DNA of 64,000 nt from Macrostomum lignano. Its lineage: Eukaryota. Positions 24,811 to 37,191 of this stretch are shown here, piece by piece (position 1 is the stretch's first letter; the number at the start of each line of letters is the position of its first letter). The position numbers were made by a program, and so were the translations under genes. The stretch spans positions 101,848-165,847 of the forward strand of contig NIVC01001973.1 of NCBI GenBank assembly GCA_002269645.1. The letters are read 5' to 3'. The notes beneath the pieces are model-generated. The model saw only the letters and a program-made list of their open reading frames with translations. It was not told where the DNA came from and did not search any database.

Positions 24811-25400
24811 TTAGCTATTCATGACTTCATATATTTTAGCTACACCAGTGAGTTCTTTTCTGACTCTTTTTTCATTTGTAGCAAATCCTATCTTGTGTAT
24901 TTGATTGCCATTTAAGAGGTATTGACAGAAGTATTTTTTCCTGATCTCTTCAGTTTGTGGACATTCGGTCAAGTAGTGTAGAATGTCAGAACCATTTCGC
25001 GCTCCACACATTTTACATGGTTCTTGAGAAAAAAGTTGGGTGTAATCTCGCATTTCAGTTTTAGGAGGGTTGTTAAGAATTTTTTGTTTCTAAATGTGCA
25101 TGGAAAGTAATCTGAAAGGTCGGGCCTGCAGATTTTTTTGTAGAGATAGGCGTTTTTGTAGAGTTTAATATGTTGCTGATTTTCTAGCTTTTGGCTAAGT
25201 TCTCTTTCTCTGTGTATCTTGAGGTGCTTTTTCACTAGGTATTTCTCGTTATTAAAGCTTTGGGAAAGTTTATCTTCAGTTAGTGCTTTTAGGTCTATTA
25301 GGAAATTTACGGTGAGCGGTGAATTCGTCTGCCGGCAGACAAAACGAGTTTTTGAGCAAAAAATAAGGTATAGCTACTACATAGCTAGCAAAACTAGTTT
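24811..25400 (-). mobile_element. Decayed 3' fragment of a non-LTR retrotransposon ORF2
   Basis: Frameshifted overlapping ORFs ending CKMCGARNGSDILHYLTEC, a C-x2-C...H-x4-C motif typical of LINE C-termini. Confidence 0.6.
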
Positions 25401-26211
25401 TTCATAATCAAATATTGCGAGGCATTCAAATAAAGTTAAAGTTGGTTGTCAGTTTCTTAAGTGTAATTTTGTTTATCGCAATATTTCAAAGAAACGTGGT
25501 ATTAATTTAAAAAATCCGTTAAAAAAACGAACTTATGGAAGGATGGAAGCTGCAGTTACGAATATTAAAGGCAGAGACGGAGTTCGCTGTTAAATATGAT
25601 CGGCCGGCTGTTATGAGCATTTTTATGACCCCATCCAATAATGATGCATTATTATGAACAATTATTCAGCCTCCAAAATTCATATAACAAACAAAAAGTT
25701 AGTATTACGTGTGCATACTACACGGGTCCCTTGGGATAATATTTTTTAGATCGTACGCTAGTGCTTCTAGCGTAATTATTTTGTTATTTTTATTAAAGTA
25801 TTAGTAGTTTCTAAGTTATACCGATATTTATTTTCAATATTATATGTACTGACATCATACTTAGTCTTAATATTTTGTGGCAGACGAATGACTGCATCGT
25901 ATTTTTTTCAGACGAAAGAATGACAGACGAACTGGCAGCAGACGAAACGACCGTCAAGCTTTACATCATTATCCATAATTCCATACCTATATAGGTTTCA
26001 AACTACTTCGGCGAAAATCAATACAAAGGATTGACATTGTATTTTACTGTATCTGCCAAGCTGGCTAAAACCCATGAACTCTTGGCAGGTTTTTGCTTTG
26101 AGAAAAAATTCAATTTGAGAAAGGTGTAGATCCGGATCCTTATTAACGTCGAGCATATGCATTATGTAAATCGTTCTTGACCTACTGTACATGTACTAGC
26201 TGTACTACATA

Positions 26212-27166
26212 CAGACGATTTGCCCGCCGAGTTTTTAATTCCTGCCGGTCGAGGTTTACCCGCAATGCAATGCTTTTTTCTTGGCACACGGCAGATTCTG
26301 TCTGCATGCCCCCGATGCGTATAGTAATAATTGTGTTAAAAATATATTTACATGTACTCCGATCAAAACATTCGATATAGTAACTGCATAACAAATGCAT
26401 ATTTTTTCTCGTAGGTTTTCATTTCTATCAATTATACATGCAGGGGCTCATCGGTTAGCTACTAATTCATGCATACATGTGTAACATGTTGCTTTGTCTC
26501 CTTAATCTCTTTTATTAGACTTACTATAGCATTGGGCGGGGGGTGGGCAATGTAGACAAAATCGGCCGCGTGGCAATAATGCGCTGCAGGAAAAAAGCAT
26601 TGCGGGCAAACCTCGGCGGCCAATTCACTCGCAGGCAAATCTCGACGGGAAAATCTCGGCGGGCAAATCTTGGCGAGCAAATCGATCTCGGCGGGCAAAT
26701 CTCGGCGGGCAAATCCCCTGCGAGAAAAGCTCGGCGGGCACATCCCCTGCGGGAAAAGCTCGGCGGGCAAATCCCCTGCAGGAAAAGCTCGGCGGGCAAA
26801 TCCCCTGCGGGAAAAGCTCGGCGGGCAAAACCCCTGCAGGAAAAGCTCGGCGGGCAAATCCCCTGCGGGAAAAGCTCGGCGGGCAAATCGATCTCGGCGG
26901 GCAAATCTCGGCGGGCAAATCCCCTGTGGGAAAAGCTCGGCGGGCAAATCGATCTCGGCGGGCAAATCCCCTGCGGGAAAAGCTCGGTGAGCAAATTTCC
27001 TGCGGGAAAAGCTCGGCGAGCAAATCGATCTCAGGGAGCAAATCTTAGCGGGAAAAGCTCGGAAAGCAAATCTCTTTCGGGAAAAGCTCGGCGGGCAAAT
27101 CTCTTGCGCGAAAAGCTCGGCGGGCAAATCTCCTGTCTGGGTAAACCTCGGTGGGCAATTCGTCTG
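26212..27166. mobile_element. TIR element with internal ~29-bp minisatellite (26620-27130) related to its own TIR
   Basis: Left cagacgatttgcccgccgag pairs with right ctcggtgggcaattcgtctg; array unit ggaaaagctcggcgggcaaatcccctgcg contains the TIR core; TA on left only. Confidence 0.55.
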
Positions 27167-27183
27167 CGGGGAATTCTTATGCT

Positions 27184-27497
27184 CAGTGGTGCGTCGCCAT
27201 GGATTTATGGTGGTGGGGGGGACAAAGCCGAGAATTCTACATGGTACATGTTCATGACTATAAATTCCTACTATACATGTTTATTAATTTCCGAATCGCG
27301 TCGGTGTTGTCATCGATCATTTTGGTGCCGCAGGCACCATTTTAGCACCACAGACACTCATTTTGGTTGCTGCAGGCGCTGTTCTGTCGCCCTGAAGCAA
27401 AATTATTGATTTCCATAACGGCCGTCAACAAGGCGAGGTGCGGGGGACATAGCATTGGCATGTCCCCCTGTCCCCATGCACCGGTTCGTCGCCCCTG
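27184..27497 (+). mobile_element. hAT-type MITE, 314 bp, short form of the family at 4036 and 56680
   Basis: Imperfect TIRs cagtggtgcgtcg / cgtcgcccctg; 8-bp TSD cttatgct and ctcatgct (7/8); about two degenerate copies of the 26-bp unit inside. Confidence 0.65.
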
Positions 27498-28598
27498 CTC
27501 ATGCTCCCACCCATTGCAGCTCCAGCTTCGACGTGATTGCATGATCATGAGCTAGGGGTATTCGAATATATGAAAGACTATCTGGCAACGCAATCTGAAA
27601 ATGCTATCTCATAAAAAACGCGATCTCAGCTTATTTTGGGTTTGAATACATGTACATGTACATGTATGAAGCTTAGGCGCAATTTTCACATAGCGAAATT
27701 GAGAATTGACGTGATATTGCATTAAGGAGACCATTGAAATTAAGTAGAAAATAAATTGAAAATGAAATCAATCAATGAAACTGAAAAGAATATGAATCTA
27801 TTCAGCTGAAATAATTGTATCTTTAAAAATAAATATAACTTTTATCGGTTTTATTTGCAATACAAACAAGTATCTTTGTTTCGTACATTTTAGAGATCAG
27901 GAAATATTGCTGTTTATTCTGTGCTTTGTTTTATTGTGAAAAAAAGTGGACTATTTTGAGAGTGTTCTTTTCCAAGAACGTAATTAATTATCAGATATCG
28001 CTGTGGAGCGGACTATTTGCCTTTAAATTCTGTAGCGAATGAAAGCCTTCGTGAGCTAAATTTTTACATCCTTATATAATCGTTCCAATTCAGCAGTGTC
28101 TGTATTTGTGCATTCGATCAGTTGTATTGCTCGGTATCTCGAAAACTTTTCGTGGTGGTAGTGGTATACTGGTAGGCCCCATCGGCGATATCGCTTATCC
28201 TAGCTAATCATGATCACTCAGTTACTCAGATCATATTAGCACTAAGCTTGAGCTAATTAGCTAGATACTCCTTTAAGTTAGGCCTAAACTTTTGCCACTT
28301 TATGTTAATGACCTAACAGACAGTAAATCACAGTTAGCTATTTTGATCCATTAGGATGACTCGATTTTTAAGGTTCTTTGTTGGAATATTATATTATATA
28401 CAACAGCATTTTTCATTTCGAGCATTGTTACGAGAGGGTAAGTTTTCATGTTTTATTCTTTTATGTTTTAGATATATTCAAGGAACTGTGCTTAGATTTT
28501 AAAATAAAGAGTTCCTTTGAAAATTTTTGTTGCAAGAGTTAGTCCATTTTAATTATGGAGTACTTATAGGCACAGCGGCCGTGTCTATAATATTTGAG

Positions 28599-29438
28599 CA
28601 GTGTTGGGCACTTCCATTACCGAGTAACTTGCAAATGGTAACGCAAGTTACTTTTCCGTAAAGCATTCCTTACGCAAGTTACTTTTTTATTTTAGTAACG
28701 GAGTAACGGTAAGTTACTCAAATTTCGGAAGTCCGTTACAGTTACTTTGCAACAATCGCAATATTTAAATTTAAAACTGAAATGCTTAGCTAGTACGCCG
28801 GTTGTCACATGTTTTTGCATTTTTCATTCCTAAATTCAAAATTAAGTGAATAGTATCATATGGTATTGCGCTTAATTAATGGAGAAATACTTGAAACATG
28901 TTTTACTTTGTTAATTTCGGTAAAATATTTTTGCCTTTCATTTTCGTTACTAAAAATTTTCAAGTTTGATTCAAACAAACAACCAAAGAAAGAAATTCAT
29001 CTGTAGCCTCCACAAGTCCCTCCACTGGCACTGCAGTACACTACACCATTTTATACAGTTCTATTTATTTTACTCTATTGAATTATTGATATTCGTTTAT
29101 TTTATCATTTATAATTTTAATTATTGATTGCCATTGCCCATTGGTCCTTCTACTTGCCTCACATTGTGTCGCCAATTCCTGTCTCTGTCTGTTAATCGGT
29201 TAATCCCAATGCCCAATGGCAAATTTCGGTAACAACAATGTGAAAAAATGTGCAATGTGAAAAAAAGCAGAAAATTTTGTTAATAACATGGGTAACGGAA
29301 GTGAGTAACGGACAGTAACTTAAAAGTTACCAGGTTTTTGTCTAAAGTTACTAGGCTAACATAAGTTACTTTTTCAAAATTGGTAACTTAAGTTACAGTA
29401 ACGCAAGTTACTTTTTTTGAGTAACTTGCCCAACACTG
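28599..29438. mobile_element. hAT-type MITE, 840 bp
   Basis: TIR cagtgttgggca / tgcccaacactg; perfect 8-bp TSD tatttgag; subterminal gtaac/gttac motifs. Confidence 0.85.
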
Positions 29439-32073
29439 TATTTGAGCTTATAGGCATAGCTATAATCATCAATATAAAATGCGTGTTCTGTAGGGCCTTT
29501 CTTTTAAGCAAGTGGAGGCTTTGTGGGTATGTCGATTGCCTTGTGATTGCGAGTAGCTAGGTTTGAATCTCAAGTGGTCATAGTTTTTTTTTAATTTGAA
29601 TTTTTTGAGCAAACAGAAATTTTTTCAACTCAAACTTTTTAAGTTTAAAAAAATTAAATTAAATTAAATTAATTTTTTATAAGAGTAACACTAAATCTTA
29701 AAGTGGGCTAATATGTATCAAAAAATTTCTTTTTAGTAGCTACATATATAATTGCAGCTGCACTTTAAAATGATTTTGTGTTACTCAGTAAGAATTAATT
29801 TAATCTAATTTAAAAAAAATTAAAAATAAAAAAAACTGACTTTTCAATCAATTGATCTTTTTATCCCATTGATGATTATATACATGGCAATGGCAGCTGT
29901 GCCTATAAGCTCCAATATTAGAGACACAGCCACCCACCATGTCTATAAGTGTGAACCCATTCAATATTAACGACACGGCCACCCACCATGTCTCTAAGTG
30001 TGAACCCATACCCATTCAATATTAACAATACAGCTGCCATGCAAGTTTTATTGACACGGTGGCCATGTCTCTAATGCGGAAACTTAGAGACATGGCCGCA
30101 GTGTCTATAAGTTTTTGCATTATAGACATGGTTGCCGTGTCTTTAAGTGTAGTATTTTAATTATTAAAAAATATTGCTTTAGAATTAAAAGGGGTTAGTT
30201 GCAATAAAAGTATCAATATACCAAGTTTTTATTTTTATTTCAGAGTAGGAAAAAGTTTTATAAAAGTAACATTCTAAATGACTAAAGATCTTTGTGCTTT
30301 GCCTTGTTTTATTATTTATTTTTTTAATGAAGGTTTATTGTTGTCTATTTTTTTGCCTGACACTGTAAATAGTACTATTGTTATTTACATAAATTAAAAT
30401 AAATATAGGTGTTATACTGTAATACACAGCTATTATAGTCCACTTATATTTGACTATAATCTATCATTTTGAAAGCAAATGTCTAATTCTTGCTTTTTTG
30501 AAATACCCCTTGGCCTTCCCTTGTATTTTGCATTATTAATAGTAGTAACAACTGCTAAGCTATAAACACATGTAAATCATGCCTGCACAATTACCTTTTG
30601 TTAGTTTTAACTCATAATATTATAAGATAACTATTTGTCAAGTGTTAATTTAAATTTGTCTATAAAAAATTCTAGTACAAAAATACCTTATAAATATATA
30701 GGCACTCATTATTTGCACAGCAACTGTATTAATATTGCCAGTGTTTTTTGCCCATATAACATAATATAGAACATATATAACATAAAATGAGAGATTTTGT
30801 TACAATGCTATTAGACAATGAATATTAGCTTTCCTTTTTGATTGAGTTTGTTTTATCAATTTTTTGGGAAATTTTTTTTGCTTTTTTTTAAGATTCTATA
30901 TAAAAATTATATTGAAAGCCCCAAGATTGAGAGAACTCACTCCATTCTTAGAGAATAAGACCTCTAGATTAAGAATCTAGAAAATTGCCTTAGAAGGCAG
31001 AAGATCTACCAAAGGGTAAGAATATCCAGACAGAATCTAAGAATTCATTTCAGTGCAATAAACCTAGAGTGTAAGCCATTACCCTCTGGTCCTAGTAACA
31101 CCTGGACTGAGAGAAAAACCTAAATAGGAGACAGCCATAATATATAAGATAAAATAAAGTACAGTGCCATAAGACTACTCAGGCCAAAAGAACACATATG
31201 CTACCAGTTTTATATGATATACTATCAGTACAAAGAATAGTACTAAAAGTATATCAGAAGCTTATCACTAGCATAAGCTTGGTGACTGTAGCTAAGATTA
31301 AGTGAGCACTATTACAAATTTAGTTACTTGACAATAGGATTTAATAAGATAGAACTATACCCCTGTTCAACATTGGTGATAGCATTTGAGATTTAAATAG
31401 AAAACTATACTCCTAACATGTATAGAAGAACTTTATAAGAAACAAGGCAATACCTTGTCATATTTTATTAACTGTTTTCTTTATTTACATTAATTTCAAT
31501 TTGAATTAGTTTAATATAATAAATAAAACTAAACACATGCCACGCTTATATTTTTATAGATTATTTAGAGACTAAATGGATAAATATATTTACTTTCCCT
31601 TAAAAATACACTATAAAAAGACTTTTCTTAAAATAAAAATATTTGTCCTAGGCATTACTGAGATTAGAGGGTCACAGCCTCTGGTATTATTTATGTATTT
31701 CTGATTTAGGTAGTCTACTTATTAGTAGTATATTCAGTACATGCTCACTCTACTTCCCTTATTAAAAATTAACTAATTTTGATACAATTCTCAATATTTA
31801 CTTGAAACTCACTAATAAATTTGTTTTCTAGTTGAAAGGATTACAAGGTTCAGTCCAAAATGGGTATTTACTTGTATTTATACTACAAAATTGTCTAGAA
31901 AATATGTACAGATTTTAAATTTCATAGAAAGTTAGTATTTCATGTAAGAAGGCCTTCCACACTATAAAAATATGTAAATTGAATGAAATAGCATTTAACT
32001 TGAAAAAACATGGTTTAAATTTGATATTTTGGGTTGTTTAGGATTTAGATGCCAAATTTAAAGTTAATGCAAA

Positions 32074-32682
32074 ATGATGCACTCTATAAACTCTAAAAGT
32101 GAATCATTTAAATTAAAGATCAAAGTCAACTATTTTCTACAATTATTTTCACCCATTGCTTCTGTCCACCAAAACCCAGGTAAATTCCTGCTTCTCAACT
32201 TATCCAATGCTGATCAGGCAAATCAGGATGTCCGCCAGAGACTGGCCCAAGTGGCACCGGGACTTGATTTAGTCCACTACAATATTGGAAGTATCGAACT
32301 CAATAGGAAGAGTTTTCAAGCCACCGGCAAGCTAATTTTGAACTATGCAGTCAGCTGGTTTGGCTCAAAGAATCGGCTGTTTCCCGGACAAGGACTGGAG
32401 TTAGTCATGCGGGATGTTCACCTATTAGTTAGGCGTCGAGAGTCTTCAATATCGAAATTGCCTCACTCTGCAGTATTGCCTGTCAAATCTGATGAATCGG
32501 AGAGTTCGCAACAGCAACAAAAGCCTCAAAATTGGTTGTCTTGGCTTCAGAAAATGCCAGAGCTAATAAAATGCATTGAGGTGCACCAGTTGCATGTTTG
32601 CTATGAAGACAAGTCTGACGAATCCAAACCGTTATTAGCTGGTGTGGCGTTTGAGAAGCTGCTTTTCCACGGAGATCAAAGG
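32074..32682 (+). CDS. VPS13: VPS13-like exon 1 (Chorein-N)
   Basis: ATG 32074; donor agg|gtaaat, phase 0. Confidence 0.8.
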
Positions 32683-35600
32683 GTAAATATCTGCTTGTTC
32701 GTGTATATGGGCGTTTTAATAGTTAAGGAATGATGAGGCTTGCAGGTTAAAGAGAGTGGAGCTTACAGATAAGGGAGAGTGGAGCTTACAGATACCAGGG
32801 TAAGGGAGAGTGGAGCTTACAGATTATTGAGAATGGAGCTTGCAGATAAGGGAGAGTTCAGCTTATAGATGAGGGAGAGTGGAGCTTACAGATAAGGGAG
32901 AGTGGAGCTTACAGATAAGGGAGAGTGGAGCTTACAGATAAGGGAGAGTTCAGCTTACAGATGAGGGAGAGTGGAGCTTACAGATAAGGGAGAGTTCAGC
33001 TTATAGATGAGGGAGAGTGGAGCTTACAGATAAGGGAGAGTGGAGCTTACAGATAAGGGAGAGTGGAGCTTACAGATAAGGGAGAGTTCAGCTTACAGAT
33101 GAGGGAGAGTGGAGGTTACAGATAAGGGAGAGTTCAGCTTACAGATGAGGGAGAGTGGAGCTTACAGATAAGGGAGAGTGGAGCTTACAGATAAGGGAGA
33201 GTGGAGCTTACAGATTATTGAGAATGGAGTTTGCAGATAAGGGAGAGTTCAGCTTACAGATGAGGGAGAGTGGAGCTTACAGATAAGGGAGAGTGGAGCT
33301 TACAGATAATTGAGAATGGAGCTTGCAGATAAGGGAGAGTGGAGCTTACAGATAAGGGAGAGTTTAGCTTACAGATGAGGGAGAGTGGAGCTTACAGATA
33401 AAGGAGAGTTCAGCTTACAGATGAGGGAGAGTGGAGCTTACAGATAAGGGAGAGTTCAGCTTACAGATGAGGGAGAGTGGAGCTTACAGATAAGGGAGAG
33501 TGGAGCTTACAGAAAAAGGAGAGTTTAGCTTACAGATAAGGGAGAGTGGAGCTTACAGATAAGGGAGAGTGGAGCTTACAGATAAGGGAGAGTGGAGCTT
33601 ACAGATAAGGGAGAGTGGAGCTTACAGATAAGGGAGAGTGGAGCTTACAGATAAGGGAGAGTGGAGCTTACAGATTATTGAGAATGGAGCTTGCAGATAA
33701 GGGAGAGTTCAGCTTACAGATGAGGGGGAGTGGAGCTTACAGATAAGGGAGAGTTCAGCTTACAGATGAGGGAGAGTGGAGCTTACAGATAAGGGAGAGT
33801 GGAGCTTACAGATAAGGGAGAGTGGAGCTTACAGATAAAGGAGAGTTTAGCTTACAGATAAGGGAGAGTGGAGCTTACAGATAAGGGAGAGTGGAGCTTA
33901 CAGATAAGGGAGAGTTCAGCTTACAGATAAGGGAGAGTGGAGCTTACAGATAAGGGAGAATGGAGCTTACAGATAAGGGAGAGTGGAGCTTACAGAATAT
34001 TGAGAATGGAGCTTGCAGATAAGGGAGAGTTCAGCTTACAGATGAGGGAGAGTGGAGCTTACAGATAAGGGAGAGTGGAGCTTACAGATAAGGGAGAGTG
34101 GAGCTTACAGAATACAGATGAGGGAGAGTGGAGCTTACAGATAAGGTGTAGTGGAGCTTTTCGCCATTAATTTATTGCCAATAATTTGTAACTTCGAATG
34201 ACAGCTCGTAAATTTCAATTTTCAAAACCATTCATTCCAGTCGGTCGAATTGCACTCATTGACAATGCACTTGTCGCCTCCGCTGAGCCAGCAAAGTCAG
34301 CATGTCAGTTGTTTAATTTTGTATTTTTTACTTTTATGTTCTAGAAAGACTGAATTTACTTAACGGAAAAGGAAATATTTCTAATTGTATTTCAGGACGA
34401 TATTAAAGCAGCAATGTCGGAAGTATTTACCGGTCACAGTTTGAAATTTCATCACGGTAAATAAATTATTCGCGATTTGTATCCCTTTCAAAAACTTTAA
34501 TGTACACTCACTCCCGTCTAGGCCCCAACCCCCTGCCCCAATGTAATCTCACTCCAGTCTAGGCCCCAACCCCCTGCCCCAATGTAATCTCACTCCAGTC
34601 TAGGCCCCAACCCCCTGCCCCAATGTAATCTCACTCCAGTCTAGGCCCCAACCCCCTGCCCCAATATACACTCACTCGAGTCTAGGCCCCAATCCCCTGC
34701 CCCAATGTACACTCACTCCCACTCCCGTCTAGGCTTCAATCCCCTGCCCTAATGTACACTCACTCCAGTCTAGGCCCCAACCCCCTTTCACAATGTGCAC
34801 TCACTCCCGTCTAGGCCCCAACCACCTGCCCCAATGTACACTCGCTCTTATCAAGGCCCCAACCCCCTGCCCCAATGTACACTCACTCCCCTCTAGGCTT
34901 CAATCCCCTGCCCCAACGTACACTCACTCCAGTTTAGCCCCCCAACACCCTTACCTCAATGTACTCTCGCTCCCAACTAACAGCGAAAACTGGTCACCAA
35001 ACGCTACATTGCAGTGCTTCAGCCTCTATCAATCAGTCTGAACGTCAGTCTAATAGAAACAAACGCCCAACCAAGAGCGGTACTAAAAATTTTTATTCGC
35101 GGTTTCAAATTCGACATGACTAGTAGACAATACGACTTGCTTACTGGCCAAGTTGATAGACTTAATGTAAGTGTTTTTTATTTTACAAGAAATAAAATTT
35201 AGTGTGATTTTTCTAACCATTTATGTGCTATACACTATATCTATATCGCAGAGATTGTTCCGTCAAGATGTTCGCGCAGCCACCAACAATGCCAGAGGCG
35301 CTGATTCCAGTGCAGCTGGCTTTAGTCGCAATAGAGATAGCGACTCTGCTGGTGCCGCTGCTAACCAGTTTAATGCGAAAGTAATGCTGGACGCTGATCA
35401 AATCTGCTTTGCACTGCGCGAAGGGTGAGCAGTACTCAGGGGATGTACTTTTTGGTGATTTTCGCTTCACAGTCGCTTCACATGACCTTGTTGGATCTCT
35501 AATTAGAGATTCATACTTTGATGATGGGATCTCTAATTAGGGATTCATACTTTGATGATGGGATCTCTAATTAGGGATTCATACTTTGTTGATGGGATCT

Positions 35601-36898
35601 CTAATTAGGGATTCATACTTTGATGATGGGATCTCTAATTAGAGATTCATACTTTGTTGATGGGATCTCTAATTAGGGATTCATACTTTGATGATGGGAT
35701 CTCTAATTAGGGATTCATACTTTGTTGATGGGATCTCTAATTAGGGATTCATACTTTGATGATGGGATCTCTAATTAGGGATTCATACTTTGTTGATGGG
35801 ATCTCTAATTAGGGATTCATACTTTGATGATGGGATCTCTAATTAGGGATTCATACTTTGTTGATGGGATCTCTAATTAGGGATTCATACTTTGATGATG
35901 GGATCTCTAATTAGGGATTCATACTTTGTTGATGGGATCTCTAATTAGGGATTCATACTTTGATGATGGGATCTCTAATTAGGGATTCATACTTTGTTGA
36001 TGGGATCTCTAATTAGGGATTCATACTTTGATGATGGGATCTCTAATTAGGGATTCATACTTTGTTGATGGGATCTCTAATTAGAGATTCATACTTTGAT
36101 GATGGGATCTCTAATTAGAGATTCATACTTTGATGATGGGATCTCTAATTAGAGATTCATACTTTGATGATGGGATCTCTAATTAGGGATTCATACTTTG
36201 TTGATGGGATCTCTAATTAGGGATTCATACTTTGATGATGGGATCTCTAATTAGAGATTCATACTTTGATGATGGGATCTCTAATTAGAGATTCATACTT
36301 TGATGATGGGATCTCTAATTAGAGATTCATACTTTGATGATGGGATCTCTAATTAGGGATTCATACTTTGATGATGGGATCTCTAATTAGGGATTCATAC
36401 TTTGTTGATGGGATCTCTAATTAGGGATTCATACTTTGTTGATGGGATCTCTAATTAGGGATTAATAACTTGAATAATGGGATCTCTAATTAGGGATTCA
36501 TACCTTGAATAACTGGATCTCTAATTAGGAATTAATACCTTGATAATGAAATCTGTAATGGATTTAAAAGCACAAAAATAATTTTCGCTAAAAAAGTGCG
36601 CCAGAACACTCACTATGTAATGTTTTTGACAATTTCCTGATGTTCTAAAAGAATGTAGCAGAATTTTACCACTTTTTTTCTACATTGCAGTCGGACTTCT
36701 ATCTTAGACGTGAAATTGGATAAAATTGAAGCCAGTTTAAAGCGGATCGCTAAGAAGTACAGGTGAGTACGCTTATAAGACAGAGAGGGCGAACCCGCAT
36801 GTGCTTAACAGATAACAGATAAAAGTACACAGTGGTCTCAAATAAACTCACTAAGTTTCGCTTTTACCTTGAAAAACTGCTGACTGCGATGAATCTAT

Positions 36899-36986
<88 letters not shown>

Positions 36987-36999
36987 GTATGTATCTATG

Positions 37000-37090
<91 letters not shown>

Positions 37091-37123
37091 GTATCTATGT
37101 ATCTATGTATCTATGTATCTATG

Positions 37124-37191
<68 letters not shown>

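Noticed and set aside
28407-28437. Possible non-coding 5' exon of the VPS13-like gene (caacag...gagg|gtaagt)
   Set aside because: Splice-like signals only; cannot be supported without transcript data.
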